Positions 19,602 through 28,202 are shown, numbered from the stretch's first letter. The stretch is 52,586 nucleotides of DNA from an uncultured Fidelibacterota bacterium (GCA_913040915.1 CAJWHW010000012.1:1-52586); one strand, 5' to 3'. The notes: a model not told the origin generated them from the letters alone. Translations and numbers: made by a program.

Positions 19602-20080
19602 ACCCAGAGTACGAACGGATAAAAGAATATAAATGGGCTGAATTCATGAAAAGTGTCCCAGTAAGGTTGGAAATATACTGTGGCAAGCGAAAAAGCCATA
19701 ATACGAATTATATTTAAAATATAGATCATCCCAATACCACCCAATAAATAAATCAATCTTTTTTGATTTGGACCTTTGAAAGAAATAATGAACCCTGAAT
19801 ACAGAGCCATTAGGCTAAGAGCATTACAACCATTTAAGACTTCTACCCCACGATATCCTTCAATAACGATCAATCTATCCGATGCGGAAATATTCCAGCT
19901 AAATAAGGATAGGGCATTTTTTGCTAGCACTGCAACAGATACAGAGAGAAAATGATCCAGACGGCCGTCCGGTAAAATGATAAGGTCATATATTACCTGC
20001 CAGACAATATAAAAGATGCTGGCCTTGACCATAAAACCCAAAAATGGATTTTGGGAAAATTTATTTTTCAGTATTTCCAA
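19535..20080 (-). CDS. Exosortase/archaeosortase family protein (short form, XrtF/XrtX-like)
   Basis: Cys-Arg-His catalytic pattern: VEVLNGCNAL, LNIIRI, DTFHEF; TM-rich. Confidence 0.85.
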   Translation of the reverse strand: MEILKNKFSQNPFLGFMVKASIFYIVWQVIYDLIILPDGRLDHFLSVSVAVLAKNALSLFSWNISASDRLIVIEGYRGVEVLNGCNALSLMALYSGFIISFKGPNQKRLIYLLGGIGMIYILNIIRIMAFSLATVYFQPYWDTFHEFSPFIFFYPFVLWVWYRWTLLSEGSNHSDSVLSFA

Positions 20081-20243
20081 AATACTTCTTAGCGGCTATT
20101 ATTAGACCGCTGAGAGCTAACCAAATCATGCCTGGAATCGGCCCCTGGTTAGGAGCACCAGGCAGATCCGGTGGATCCTGAGCTACAACAAAAGTCAACA
20201 TGCTTAAAGCAATAATAATGAGTGTGGTGAGGTTATTTTTCAT
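20061..20243 (-). CDS. 60-aa exported peptide with exosortase-type C-terminal sorting signal (PID-CTERM-like)
   Basis: From ATG 20243: signal peptide, Pro-rich QDPPDLPGAPNQGPIPG, TM segment MIWLALSGLIIAA, basic KKY tail; overlaps the exosortase start. Confidence 0.75.
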   Translation of the reverse strand: MKNNLTTLIIIALSMLTFVVAQDPPDLPGAPNQGPIPGMIWLALSGLIIAAKKYFGNTEK

Positions 20244-20253
20244 AATCTTGTTC

Positions 20254-23061
20254 CTACTTGATGAAAGTAATCTTTTGATTAAATGTTTCATTTCCGACAA
20301 CCATACTGACTAAATATATGCCTGATGAAATGTTGCCAGGGTTCCAGCTGATCTGGTGAGTTCCGGGAATCATGTATCCATTTGTGAGTGAAGCCACCTG
20401 CTTACCAGCAATATCAAATATGTCTAACGATACCATATTAGCATTTGGAAGATCAAAACTAATTAATGTACTTGGATTAAATGGATTTGGATATGCACTG
20501 TGCAGAATAAATTTTTCTGGCAGGATATGCTCATCTGTTGCAACTGATGTACCATGAACAGATAGAGTAAAGTGGGATTGGCCGACAACTGGATAAGTTG
20601 CCATAAAGTCTCCAGAAGTTGAGAAACTGCCTTTGCTAGAAAGTGTAATGTTTGCAGATGGATAGCCTGTTAAATTGATATTCTGTCCTGTTATGTTATT
20701 CCTTAGTTCCAAAGTAATACCTTCAGGGAGATTTGCAATATCCCAAGTTAAATCAACCTGCTCTGTCTGTGTAACATAGCCGTCATCTGTGGGATAAAGC
20801 ATCATAACATCCATGTCTATGAAAATATCAGTAGATAGATCATAAGGGAGATTATTAATAGCCAGAGATTTGTTTGACTCATAGATCATGCTAGTTAAAT
20901 GTTCTACTGGTGATAACGGTACAAGCCGATTTGCATCTGCTGGATCTAAATTAATCTCTCCTTCTGGAGTAAAAGATAAATAGGTCGAACTGCTATAGCC
21001 ACCATTAGTGAAAGTGAACACAACACTCCCGTTTGAGCCATCCGTGGTTATTCTGCCATTATTATTCATGTGCCCTCTGTGGATACTTTGCTCTGTAAAT
21101 TCAAAAACATCGCCATCCGTATCAGCCTGGATCCAAAAGCCATCAAAAGGTTTAATTTCATCATTCTCAATATTACCTACTACACCATTGTGAATCTTGT
21201 AACCTGGATTAGAGAGATCTAATACATAGACAGTTGAATTGAACCTGCTACTGTTATCTAATAACATTTGACTAATATCCACAGCAAGTCCATATGGATT
21301 TCCAATCAGGTTCCATTCGCTGGGTTCAGATACAACTGAAACAGCGGATTGATGTTGCACGCTATCAATGGAAATAGTAACTGGCAAATCATCTTCACCA
21401 TCAAAATCTGTATCAGCAAATATATAGATTAAAAAACCTTGTCCCGCGTTTAACTCATCATTGTATAAATCTGTAACAGGGTTCCAGCCGTTGTCGTAGG
21501 TCCATATATTTGGACTGGAATTCGCATTGTCTGACCCTTCTGCGCCCTGTGTCCATAATTCTTCTAAAAGGTCGCCGTAAATTGCACCCGAGACCGGGCT
21601 GGATAAGATACGAAATCCTGACTCTCCGGTTATTTCCAAACTGTGGAGGCTGACTGCAACCATATAACTCTGTGTTATAACACCGCCATTACCATCATTA
21701 GCAGTCAGAATAATCTCGTGCAAACCGCCATCTGTAGAACTTGGGGTACCGCTTAATATACTATTGCTTAAATTCAACCAGTCAGGTTTTAGAGTAGCTG
21801 TTATAGCTACATTATCTCCATCTTCATCATTCACAGAAATAGAATATTCATAGAGTGATCCATTTAGTGCATCCAGGACAGGTGTTGATAAAAATGTGGG
21901 GGATGTATTTGGAGCTTGCATGGGAGATATAATAACATATCCATTACCAGTATTTAAATCTGATGATATGTATGTTCCTCCTATATAATTTCCACCACCG
22001 CCACCGGAGCCTACGCGTGTATTACTTCCGCCACCACCGGAATAACCGCCACCACCACCGGCATTTGCTTCAAAGCTCGAATGTAGTCCAGCACCTGCTC
22101 CACCTCCAAATCCACCTGGAATATCTGTAGTAAAATTTCCATAAAAAACTCGATTAATTCCACCAGTTCCCCAGCCTCCATTAAGGTAACTATTCCCTGG
22201 AGTTCCAGCATAATAACTTCCTGAACCTGGGTTTGAGCCACTACTGTAAAATCCACCGCCTCCGGCACCACCATACTGACTGGCCCCTCCTCCATTTCCT
22301 TGGGTACCACCTGGGCCAACTTCATTCCAACTACCTGAATATCCAGTTCCATCGGATCCGTTAACGTTGTCATGGGCAGAACCATCAACACCTTGGAGTG
22401 ATACGTTCCAACTCCCTGAGCCTTGTGCGCTTCCACCGCCACCACCGCTGACCAATAAGGGTGCTCCTTCATTTCTAATAATAAATGTTCCACCACCGCC
22501 ACCGCCAGCATAGGCATTAGATAAATAACCACGTCCACCTTCTTGCCCAACTAAAATATCTAATACATCACCCTGAGATAAATATATTTCCATTGTAATT
22601 ATTCGACCTCTTCCACCAGGAGTATTCGGTGTATAGCCTCCTGATGCTCCTGCTGCAGTTATAGAATAGTCTCCCGATTGTGGAACAATCCATCTTTGGA
22701 TACCATTAGTCACTGTAACAGAGCCATCTAAACTAGTTCCAGCATATGTATTGTTTGCTTGTTCCTGTGTAGGACCATTTGTTCCAGTTGCACTACAATT
22801 GGTAAAAGTATATTCAGAGCCATTAAGATCTGTAATGGATAGAGCAATTGAATTGGAACCATCTTCTTTGAAAATATTACTTTCAAGTTTTGAATCACCT
22901 TGATGATTATTTTCTATAGTATTATCCGATAAATACAGGCCCTGTGGTATAAATGTTCCTGTGAGACCAGGCATATTCTGGCCCGCATTCAGAACAATAT
23001 TAAATGAATTATTTAATAAGAAAAATAATGTTAAAAGTGTTATTCTTTTCTTCAATTTCAA
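20254..23061 (-). CDS. Secreted T9SS type-A CTD protein with ALK/LTK-like glycine-rich domain and cadherin/Ig-like repeat
   Basis: Signal peptide; GIQRWIVPQSGDYSITAAGASGG followed by poly-Gly tracts; NTSPTF...D.DGD Ig repeat; C-terminal LHSAYPNPFNP...SSGIY...QKITFIK. Confidence 0.85.
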   Translation of the reverse strand: MKLKKRITLLTLFFLLNNSFNIVLNAGQNMPGLTGTFIPQGLYLSDNTIENNHQGDSKLESNIFKEDGSNSIALSITDLNGSEYTFTNCSATGTNGPTQEQANNTYAGTSLDGSVTVTNGIQRWIVPQSGDYSITAAGASGGYTPNTPGGRGRIITMEIYLSQGDVLDILVGQEGGRGYLSNAYAGGGGGGTFIIRNEGAPLLVSGGGGGSAQGSGSWNVSLQGVDGSAHDNVNGSDGTGYSGSWNEVGPGGTQGNGGGASQYGGAGGGGFYSSGSNPGSGSYYAGTPGNSYLNGGWGTGGINRVFYGNFTTDIPGGFGGGAGAGLHSSFEANAGGGGGYSGGGGSNTRVGSGGGGGNYIGGTYISSDLNTGNGYVIISPMQAPNTSPTFLSTPVLDALNGSLYEYSISVNDEDGDNVAITATLKPDWLNLSNSILSGTPSSTDGGLHEIILTANDGNGGVITQSYMVAVSLHSLEITGESGFRILSSPVSGAIYGDLLEELWTQGAEGSDNANSSPNIWTYDNGWNPVTDLYNDELNAGQGFLIYIFADTDFDGEDDLPVTISIDSVQHQSAVSVVSEPSEWNLIGNPYGLAVDISQMLLDNSSRFNSTVYVLDLSNPGYKIHNGVVGNIENDEIKPFDGFWIQADTDGDVFEFTEQSIHRGHMNNNGRITTDGSNGSVVFTFTNGGYSSSTYLSFTPEGEINLDPADANRLVPLSPVEHLTSMIYESNKSLAINNLPYDLSTDIFIDMDVMMLYPTDDGYVTQTEQVDLTWDIANLPEGITLELRNNITGQNINLTGYPSANITLSSKGSFSTSGDFMATYPVVGQSHFTLSVHGTSVATDEHILPEKFILHSAYPNPFNPSTLISFDLPNANMVSLDIFDIAGKQVASLTNGYMIPGTHQISWNPGNISSGIYLVSMVVGNETFNQKITFIK

Positions 23062-23102
23062 CCTTTTCGTCTGAACTATTTATTATAATTCATCTTTTAT
23101 TA

Positions 23103-23119
23103 AGCAAAAACTGTGCCTA
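23103..23119 (-). promoter_or_regulatory. Sigma-54 (-24/-12) promoter of the T9SS cargo/exosortase operon
   Basis: Minus strand reads TAGGCACAGTTTTTGCT (GG-N10-GC), ~40 bp before the 23061 start. Confidence 0.8.
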
Positions 23120-23384
23120 GACATGTGCATATAAAATAAATTCAATATGAACCTGTCTATAAAAATGGAAAAGACACCCTGCATCATATTGATACATTTT
23201 CCATTAATGTCCAAAAATGATACAATGAAAAGTTTTTTTTGTAACAATATTAAATCTTTAGGATTTTTTGGAATAATTGAATTAGATAATGTTCAAAGTA
23301 CTTGGCATATAAATAAAACTTTCTTTCGGATAGACTGGCAAATAAAAGAAAGGTTTTTGTTTAAATTAGTAGGTACCTGAATAA

Positions 23385-25094
23385 TTAATCTTTTAGTAAT
23401 GAATGACTGGATGAACTGTTCTCAGTTGCATCCTGCCAGTTTAGATCTGGAAATAAATACCGAGCTTTATTATAAACAGCCCATCCTTTTTCCCGTAGAC
23501 CAACGGCTTCATATGCTTTCGCTAAATCATAATAAATAAACGAAAAGGGCGAATGCTGGATATAATCTTCTGCCCATTCAATATAATCCTGGAATTTATC
23601 TTTATCACCAGTTTTTTTCGCCAAGCTTAAGTGCAGGCTCATAGCCAACACATCATATTTTTTATTTAGGATTTTGGGATTCCATGCCGAGAATAATAAT
23701 TGAGGGTTTTTATAACCAGTACGTTCATACTTTGTAATCACACGGCCGGTCTGTAGGGCTGTAACCATTAATGGTATCACAATAGCAGGGATTAAGACTG
23801 CAATTATTCTAGGTGCGAAGTTCAGGTTTAACCTTTTTGTTTTCCATTCCCCGATTTCTTCATCTATAAAAGACAAAAGAAAAATAAATAAAAACCAATG
23901 AACCAGAGAAAGATAAAACGGCAATTCCAGTTGTGTATGAATCAGAATCGGTAATATTAGTCCGGCTATCCCAAAGGATTGTCTCCTATCCTTTGCCAGC
24001 CAAAGTATAGCTAGGAATCCGCCAGCAATAATTAATAGCCCAAATAGAGGTAAAATACCACCTTCTGTCATCCACAGTAATGTTTCATTGTGCGGGTGAT
24101 CCATATTACCAGATCCTACAAGGATAGTTGAGTCTGTACTGCTTATTTCTGCATAATTATGACGGAGATGGGAAAAATAATTACCGTACCCTACCCCCAT
24201 GAATGGTTGCTTTTTCCACATATAATAGCTCAGTTCATATAATACCATTCTGGTATTGACTGAACGATTCATATTTTCATCTGATCTGGAATTATATGAC
24301 GAATTTGCCCCAATGATAAAGCCTAAAATAGCAACGGCCAGCCATGTACCTAATTTCTTTTGTTGGTCCATGTTTCCAATGGAGATGATCAAAACAGAAA
24401 TAAAAAAGGTTATGTATCCGGTCCGGGATTGTAGCGGAATGTAGAGTATACTCGTTAGAAAGGGTGTGCCCAATACAAGTACTGCCTTGATCCAGGAATT
24501 TCTTATTTCATCATCTTTAATGAATAAATAAAGACTGATTGCAGCACCTGTGACCAAAAAAGTGGCCATGTTATTTTTCTGCATTAAAACAGCCAAGGGC
24601 CTTCCAAACCAGTCTTCCAATGGTAAAAACTTCTGGAAAAGGCCATAGCAAGCCTGTACTAAAATTCCCATCAAAATGATATAAAGCAGCTGAATACGAT
24701 CTGCTCTATTAAAGTGAAACTGCTGAAGACAGAAAAAAAGCAGTACACCAGCGCATAAACCTAAAATACGCTGAATAGCTAAATGGCTATGCTCATTATT
24801 GGGGTAAATTAATGGCAGCAGCAGCATGACCAACCCAACCAGACAATAGAGCATAAACTGGCTGTATTCTACTATTCTCTTTGAAGCCATATGCCAAAGG
24901 CCGATTCCAATCATGAGAGAAATAAACATCCACCCTATTGCATTAAACGGTAAATAAAGGCCGTAGCCGCCCATGTGATCTATATTGATATGCATACCAA
25001 CCAGTATGTACAGACTGAATATGATCTTAAATAAATTTCTGGTGTTTAATCTGCTAATTTGCATTTCCATGGGTTGCTGGAAATTAAGAATCAA
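23385..25094 (-). CDS. pglL: PglL-type protein O-oligosaccharyltransferase (Wzy_C / O-antigen-ligase superfamily)
   Basis: N-terminal GGYGLYLPFN.IGW, QKNNMATF, SRTG, PFMGVGYGN, DHPHNE.L.W..EGG, PILIHTQLELPFY.SL.HW; divergent from the pilin array; start uncertain. Confidence 0.8.
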   Translation of the reverse strand: MILNFQQPMEMQISRLNTRNLFKIIFSLYILVGMHINIDHMGGYGLYLPFNAIGWMFISLMIGIGLWHMASKRIVEYSQFMLYCLVGLVMLLLPLIYPNNEHSHLAIQRILGLCAGVLLFFCLQQFHFNRADRIQLLYIILMGILVQACYGLFQKFLPLEDWFGRPLAVLMQKNNMATFLVTGAAISLYLFIKDDEIRNSWIKAVLVLGTPFLTSILYIPLQSRTGYITFFISVLIISIGNMDQQKKLGTWLAVAILGFIIGANSSYNSRSDENMNRSVNTRMVLYELSYYMWKKQPFMGVGYGNYFSHLRHNYAEISSTDSTILVGSGNMDHPHNETLLWMTEGGILPLFGLLIIAGGFLAILWLAKDRRQSFGIAGLILPILIHTQLELPFYLSLVHWFLFIFLLSFIDEEIGEWKTKRLNLNFAPRIIAVLIPAIVIPLMVTALQTGRVITKYERTGYKNPQLLFSAWNPKILNKKYDVLAMSLHLSLAKKTGDKDKFQDYIEWAEDYIQHSPFSFIYYDLAKAYEAVGLREKGWAVYNKARYLFPDLNWQDATENSSSSHSLLKD

Positions 25095-25181
25095 TCGTTA
25101 ATATTGAAATCTTACCTAATTGGAATACTCATTAAACGAACATTTCGTAACATAATGATACAAATAATTTAAAATAGATGA

Positions 25182-25198
25182 ACGGCACATTTTTTGCT
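25182..25198 (+). promoter_or_regulatory. Sigma-54 (-24/-12) promoter of atypical pilin A
   Basis: ACGGCACATTTTTTGCT (GG-N10-GC); CGTAACAtaaTGATACA upstream at 25146-25162. Confidence 0.75.
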
Positions 25199-25258
25199 TT
25201 AATCAATTGACAAAACATAGCAAGGGTAATTAAGCCTCCCATAAAATTTGGAATAAAA

Positions 25259-25897
25259 TTGAAAAAAACACTCATAAAATATCTCGGTAAAAATTCAGGA
25301 CAGTCTCTGGCTGAATTTGCAGTCATCACAGCCATGATGGCTACTTTTATTGCTACGGCCAGTGCAAAACTCTCTGACATGATGGAAGGCAGTAAGGTCC
25401 GTAAGGCGGAAGAAGAAATGGATAAAATTTTGATTCAGGCACAGAATTTTTATCAGGAGACAGCAACTCAAGAAGGTCGTGGGCGTTTCCCAGGGCAGGA
25501 CAAATACAATATGGCAGTAGGTGGCTACACTAGTGAACTTGAACTGATAGATGATATTCAATTATTTGAAACTTTTGACAGCGAAATCGGGGAAAACTGG
25601 TGTTCCATTTTTGGGGTTGACCATGAAAATGCCCCCATGCCCGCAGGTGGCTTTTTTGAGAATGACACAGTAGTGGCTGAAGATGTATGCAATGCCTGTC
25701 CAGAGACCCGGTTTCCAGGCCATGAAGACTGGCTCTACAAATTTGGTGGAGAAGCCATGGGAAGCCCCTTTCAGGATGGCCATTTTATCTACGCAGTCAT
25801 TCCTGGCAGTGGCTCCGGTGATGATGCAGAACCACCTATTTTATATATAGCGGATGCTGAAAATCCAAAATTTCTAAATAAAATGCTCCAGTTCTAA
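25259..25897 (+). CDS. Atypical type IV pilin-like protein A
   Basis: Basic leader, G|QSLAEFAVITAMMATFIATASA (E at +5), NFYQ...GRGRFPG; paralog of the next three genes; TTG start. Confidence 0.8.
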   Translation: MKKTLIKYLGKNSGQSLAEFAVITAMMATFIATASAKLSDMMEGSKVRKAEEEMDKILIQAQNFYQETATQEGRGRFPGQDKYNMAVGGYTSELELIDDIQLFETFDSEIGENWCSIFGVDHENAPMPAGGFFENDTVVAEDVCNACPETRFPGHEDWLYKFGGEAMGSPFQDGHFIYAVIPGSGSGDDAEPPILYIADAENPKFLNKMLQF

Positions 25898-26154
25898 CTG
25901 GATCTCTCCCCGCTGTTACCCTATTGTGGTTACAGCCCAATTATCTTCGCATCGATACGCGAAAAAATTAATTCCTACGAAAAGAAAACTCAGTCCATAA
26001 AAACCCTTCAATATACTTAAGGGTTTGGACAAGATAATTAGAGCGATAGTCTATTTGACATTGTTTCATATTGTTACATCCGGTATTCAATCAAGGTGTA
26101 ACATTCTGATATTATAAAATTATTTATCGACGAAAACACATTTATTTAAAAAGT

Positions 26155-26171
26155 TTGGCACGTACTTTGCA
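26155..26171 (+). promoter_or_regulatory. Sigma-54 (-24/-12) promoter of atypical pilin B
   Basis: TTGGCACGTACTTTGCA, near-perfect consensus. Confidence 0.9.
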
Positions 26172-26232
26172 TTAGGGTAGTAATTAAACTTAAAAAAACT
26201 TGTTTCCAACTAAACTCGATAAGGAGATAAAC

Positions 26233-26901
26233 ATGAAACAAACACTGAAAAGAATCATCAGAAATGTAAAAAGCGTAAACGGGAACTCTCTCGCTGAATT
26301 CGCTACTACAACTGCTCTGATGGCTACATTGGCTGCTACAGCTGCTCCTAAACTTTCTGAAATGTCTGAAGGTACTAAAGCTGAAAAGTCAATGAACGAA
26401 ATTGATAAAATCTTAACTCAAGCACGTAACTTCTATCAAACAACTGCTGATGAAGAAGGTCGCGGCCGTTTCCCTGGACAGGATAAATTTGATGTTCCTG
26501 TTGGTGGTTATGGTGAAACACGTGGTACTTTAAATCAAGCTATCGAAGCTCAAGGCGATTTAGTAGCTGCTCTAGAAGCATGGACTGATTGGGATGCTGA
26601 CGAAGGCGCTAACTGGCGTTCTGTATTTGGCGTTTCTAATGAAGCTGCTAAGCAAGATGATGGCGGTAAAGTTATTGATGATACATACATAGAATGTGGT
26701 ACATGCCCAGGTGTTAATCCAGGTCACGAAGATTGGATAGAACTTTTTGCTGGTAATACACTTGCTAGTAAATACCAAGACGGACACTTCGCTTATGCAG
26801 TGATCCCAGGTGGCGGTTCTGGTTTAGACGCTTTCCCTCCAGTACTTTATGTAGTGGACGTGGAAAATGCTTCTCACTTTAACAACATTCTTGAGCCGTA
26901 A
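26233..26901 (+). CDS. Atypical type IV pilin-like protein B (candidate major subunit)
   Basis: AAGGAG RBS then ATG 26233; G|NSLAEFATTTALMATLAATAAP (E5, P22); own promoter and terminator. Confidence 0.85.
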   Translation: MKQTLKRIIRNVKSVNGNSLAEFATTTALMATLAATAAPKLSEMSEGTKAEKSMNEIDKILTQARNFYQTTADEEGRGRFPGQDKFDVPVGGYGETRGTLNQAIEAQGDLVAALEAWTDWDADEGANWRSVFGVSNEAAKQDDGGKVIDDTYIECGTCPGVNPGHEDWIELFAGNTLASKYQDGHFAYAVIPGGGSGLDAFPPVLYVVDVENASHFNNILEP

Positions 26902-26925
26902 AAACAATTGTAACTCTATAGTTAC
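26239..26925 (+). repeat. Direct repeat copy 1 (~687 bp), matching 27256-27942
   Basis: Offset 1017 bp; no differences found by eye, and both sense and antisense ORF translations are identical. Confidence 0.92.
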
Positions 26926-26935
26926 CCTTGTCGAT

Positions 26936-26974
26936 AAAAGCCCCGGCTCCCTAAAAGGATCCGGGGCTTTTTTT
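26936..26974 (+). terminator. Rho-independent terminator after pilin B
   Basis: AAAAGCCCCGG...CCGGGGCTTTTTTT. Confidence 0.9.
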
Positions 26975-27172
26975 ATTAAATATTTATTAGCTCCCACCCT
27001 ATTTACACCTACTCATTTAAATTAAAAATTGGTCCTGTATCTGAAAAACCAGATAGCGGAACAATCCCTGTATCCATATGTGACATGTTACAGATTCTAA
27101 ATGTAACACTTTGTTAACATGAAAAATTATTTAATGACGGAGAAAACAATTAATTATTACAAAATATCGATT

Positions 27173-27189
27173 TTGGCACGGCCTTTGCT
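27173..27189 (+). promoter_or_regulatory. Sigma-54 (-24/-12) promoter of atypical pilin C
   Basis: TTGGCACGGCCTTTGCT. Confidence 0.9.
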
Positions 27190-27249
27190 TTATAGCGGGT
27201 AGTTAACTAAAAAAACTTGTTTCCAAACAACCTCAAAAGGAGGAACAAA

Positions 27250-27918
27250 ATGAAGCAAACACTGAAAAGAATCATCAGAAATGTAAAAAGCGTAAACGGG
27301 AACTCTCTCGCTGAATTCGCTACTACAACTGCTCTGATGGCTACATTGGCTGCTACAGCTGCTCCTAAACTTTCTGAAATGTCTGAAGGTACTAAAGCTG
27401 AAAAGTCAATGAACGAAATTGATAAAATCTTAACTCAAGCACGTAACTTCTATCAAACAACTGCTGATGAAGAAGGTCGCGGCCGTTTCCCTGGACAGGA
27501 TAAATTTGATGTTCCTGTTGGTGGTTATGGTGAAACACGTGGTACTTTAAATCAAGCTATCGAAGCTCAAGGCGATTTAGTAGCTGCTCTAGAAGCATGG
27601 ACTGATTGGGATGCTGACGAAGGCGCTAACTGGCGTTCTGTATTTGGCGTTTCTAATGAAGCTGCTAAGCAAGATGATGGCGGTAAAGTTATTGATGATA
27701 CATACATAGAATGTGGTACATGCCCAGGTGTTAATCCAGGTCACGAAGATTGGATAGAACTTTTTGCTGGTAATACACTTGCTAGTAAATACCAAGACGG
27801 ACACTTCGCTTATGCAGTGATCCCAGGTGGCGGTTCTGGTTTAGACGCTTTCCCTCCAGTACTTTATGTAGTGGACGTGGAAAATGCTTCTCACTTTAAC
27901 AACATTCTTGAGCCGTAA
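27250..27918 (+). CDS. Atypical type IV pilin-like protein C (protein identical to B)
   Basis: AGGAGG RBS, ATG 27250; 222 aa identical to 26233-26901. Confidence 0.85.
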   Translation: MKQTLKRIIRNVKSVNGNSLAEFATTTALMATLAATAAPKLSEMSEGTKAEKSMNEIDKILTQARNFYQTTADEEGRGRFPGQDKFDVPVGGYGETRGTLNQAIEAQGDLVAALEAWTDWDADEGANWRSVFGVSNEAAKQDDGGKVIDDTYIECGTCPGVNPGHEDWIELFAGNTLASKYQDGHFAYAVIPGGGSGLDAFPPVLYVVDVENASHFNNILEP

Positions 27919-27942
27919 AAACAATTGTAACTCTATAGTTAC
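27256..27942 (+). repeat. Direct repeat copy 2 (~687 bp), matching 26239-26925
   Basis: See copy 1. Confidence 0.92.
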
Positions 27943-27950
27943 TTTAATTA

Positions 27951-27991
27951 AAAAAAGCTCCGGTTACCTAAAAGGATCCGGAGCTTTTTTT
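27951..27991 (+). terminator. Rho-independent terminator after pilin C
   Basis: AAAAAAGCTCCGG...CCGGAGCTTTTTTT. Confidence 0.9.
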
Positions 27992-28185
27992 ATGGGTATA
28001 ACCTTGAAATTAAATACCGTAACAAATTGTGACCCTGTATCGAAGATAGACAAACTGTATTAATACAATACAAAAGAAACCAAAAAATAAATATAAGATA
28101 ATAATGATTAAAAAAAAGTATTTCTCGACGAAGAATACAAAATAATTAACGAAAATGTTATTTATTATACTTCTCTCGGTATACT

Positions 28186-28202
28186 TTGGCACAGGAATTG
28201 CT
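28186..28202 (+). promoter_or_regulatory. Sigma-54 (-24/-12) promoter of atypical pilin D and pilA
   Basis: TTGGCACAGGAATTGCT. Confidence 0.88.

Noticed and set aside
22011..22550. 179-aa alternative-frame ORF and the many short antisense ORFs in the track
   Set aside because: Shadows of well-supported genes; here a by-product of Gly codon runs
23302..23345. TTGGCA and CTGGCA as additional sigma-54 sites
   Set aside because: No GC at the -12 position
23147..23380. 77-aa plus-strand ORF
   Set aside because: Lies over the enhancer boxes of the divergent sigma-54 promoter; no recognisable protein features
26239..27942. Repeat as IS element, DGR template/variable repeat or CRISPR
   Set aside because: No transposase, reverse transcriptase or adenine-specific mismatches; no short repeat-spacer periodicity seen anywhere in the window
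13438..28034. TGT..ACA boxes as CRP sites
   Set aside because: Spacing is TGT-N11-ACA as tandem heptamers, not TGTGA-N6-TCACA; no CRP gene in the window. Not fully excluded given the cyclase.
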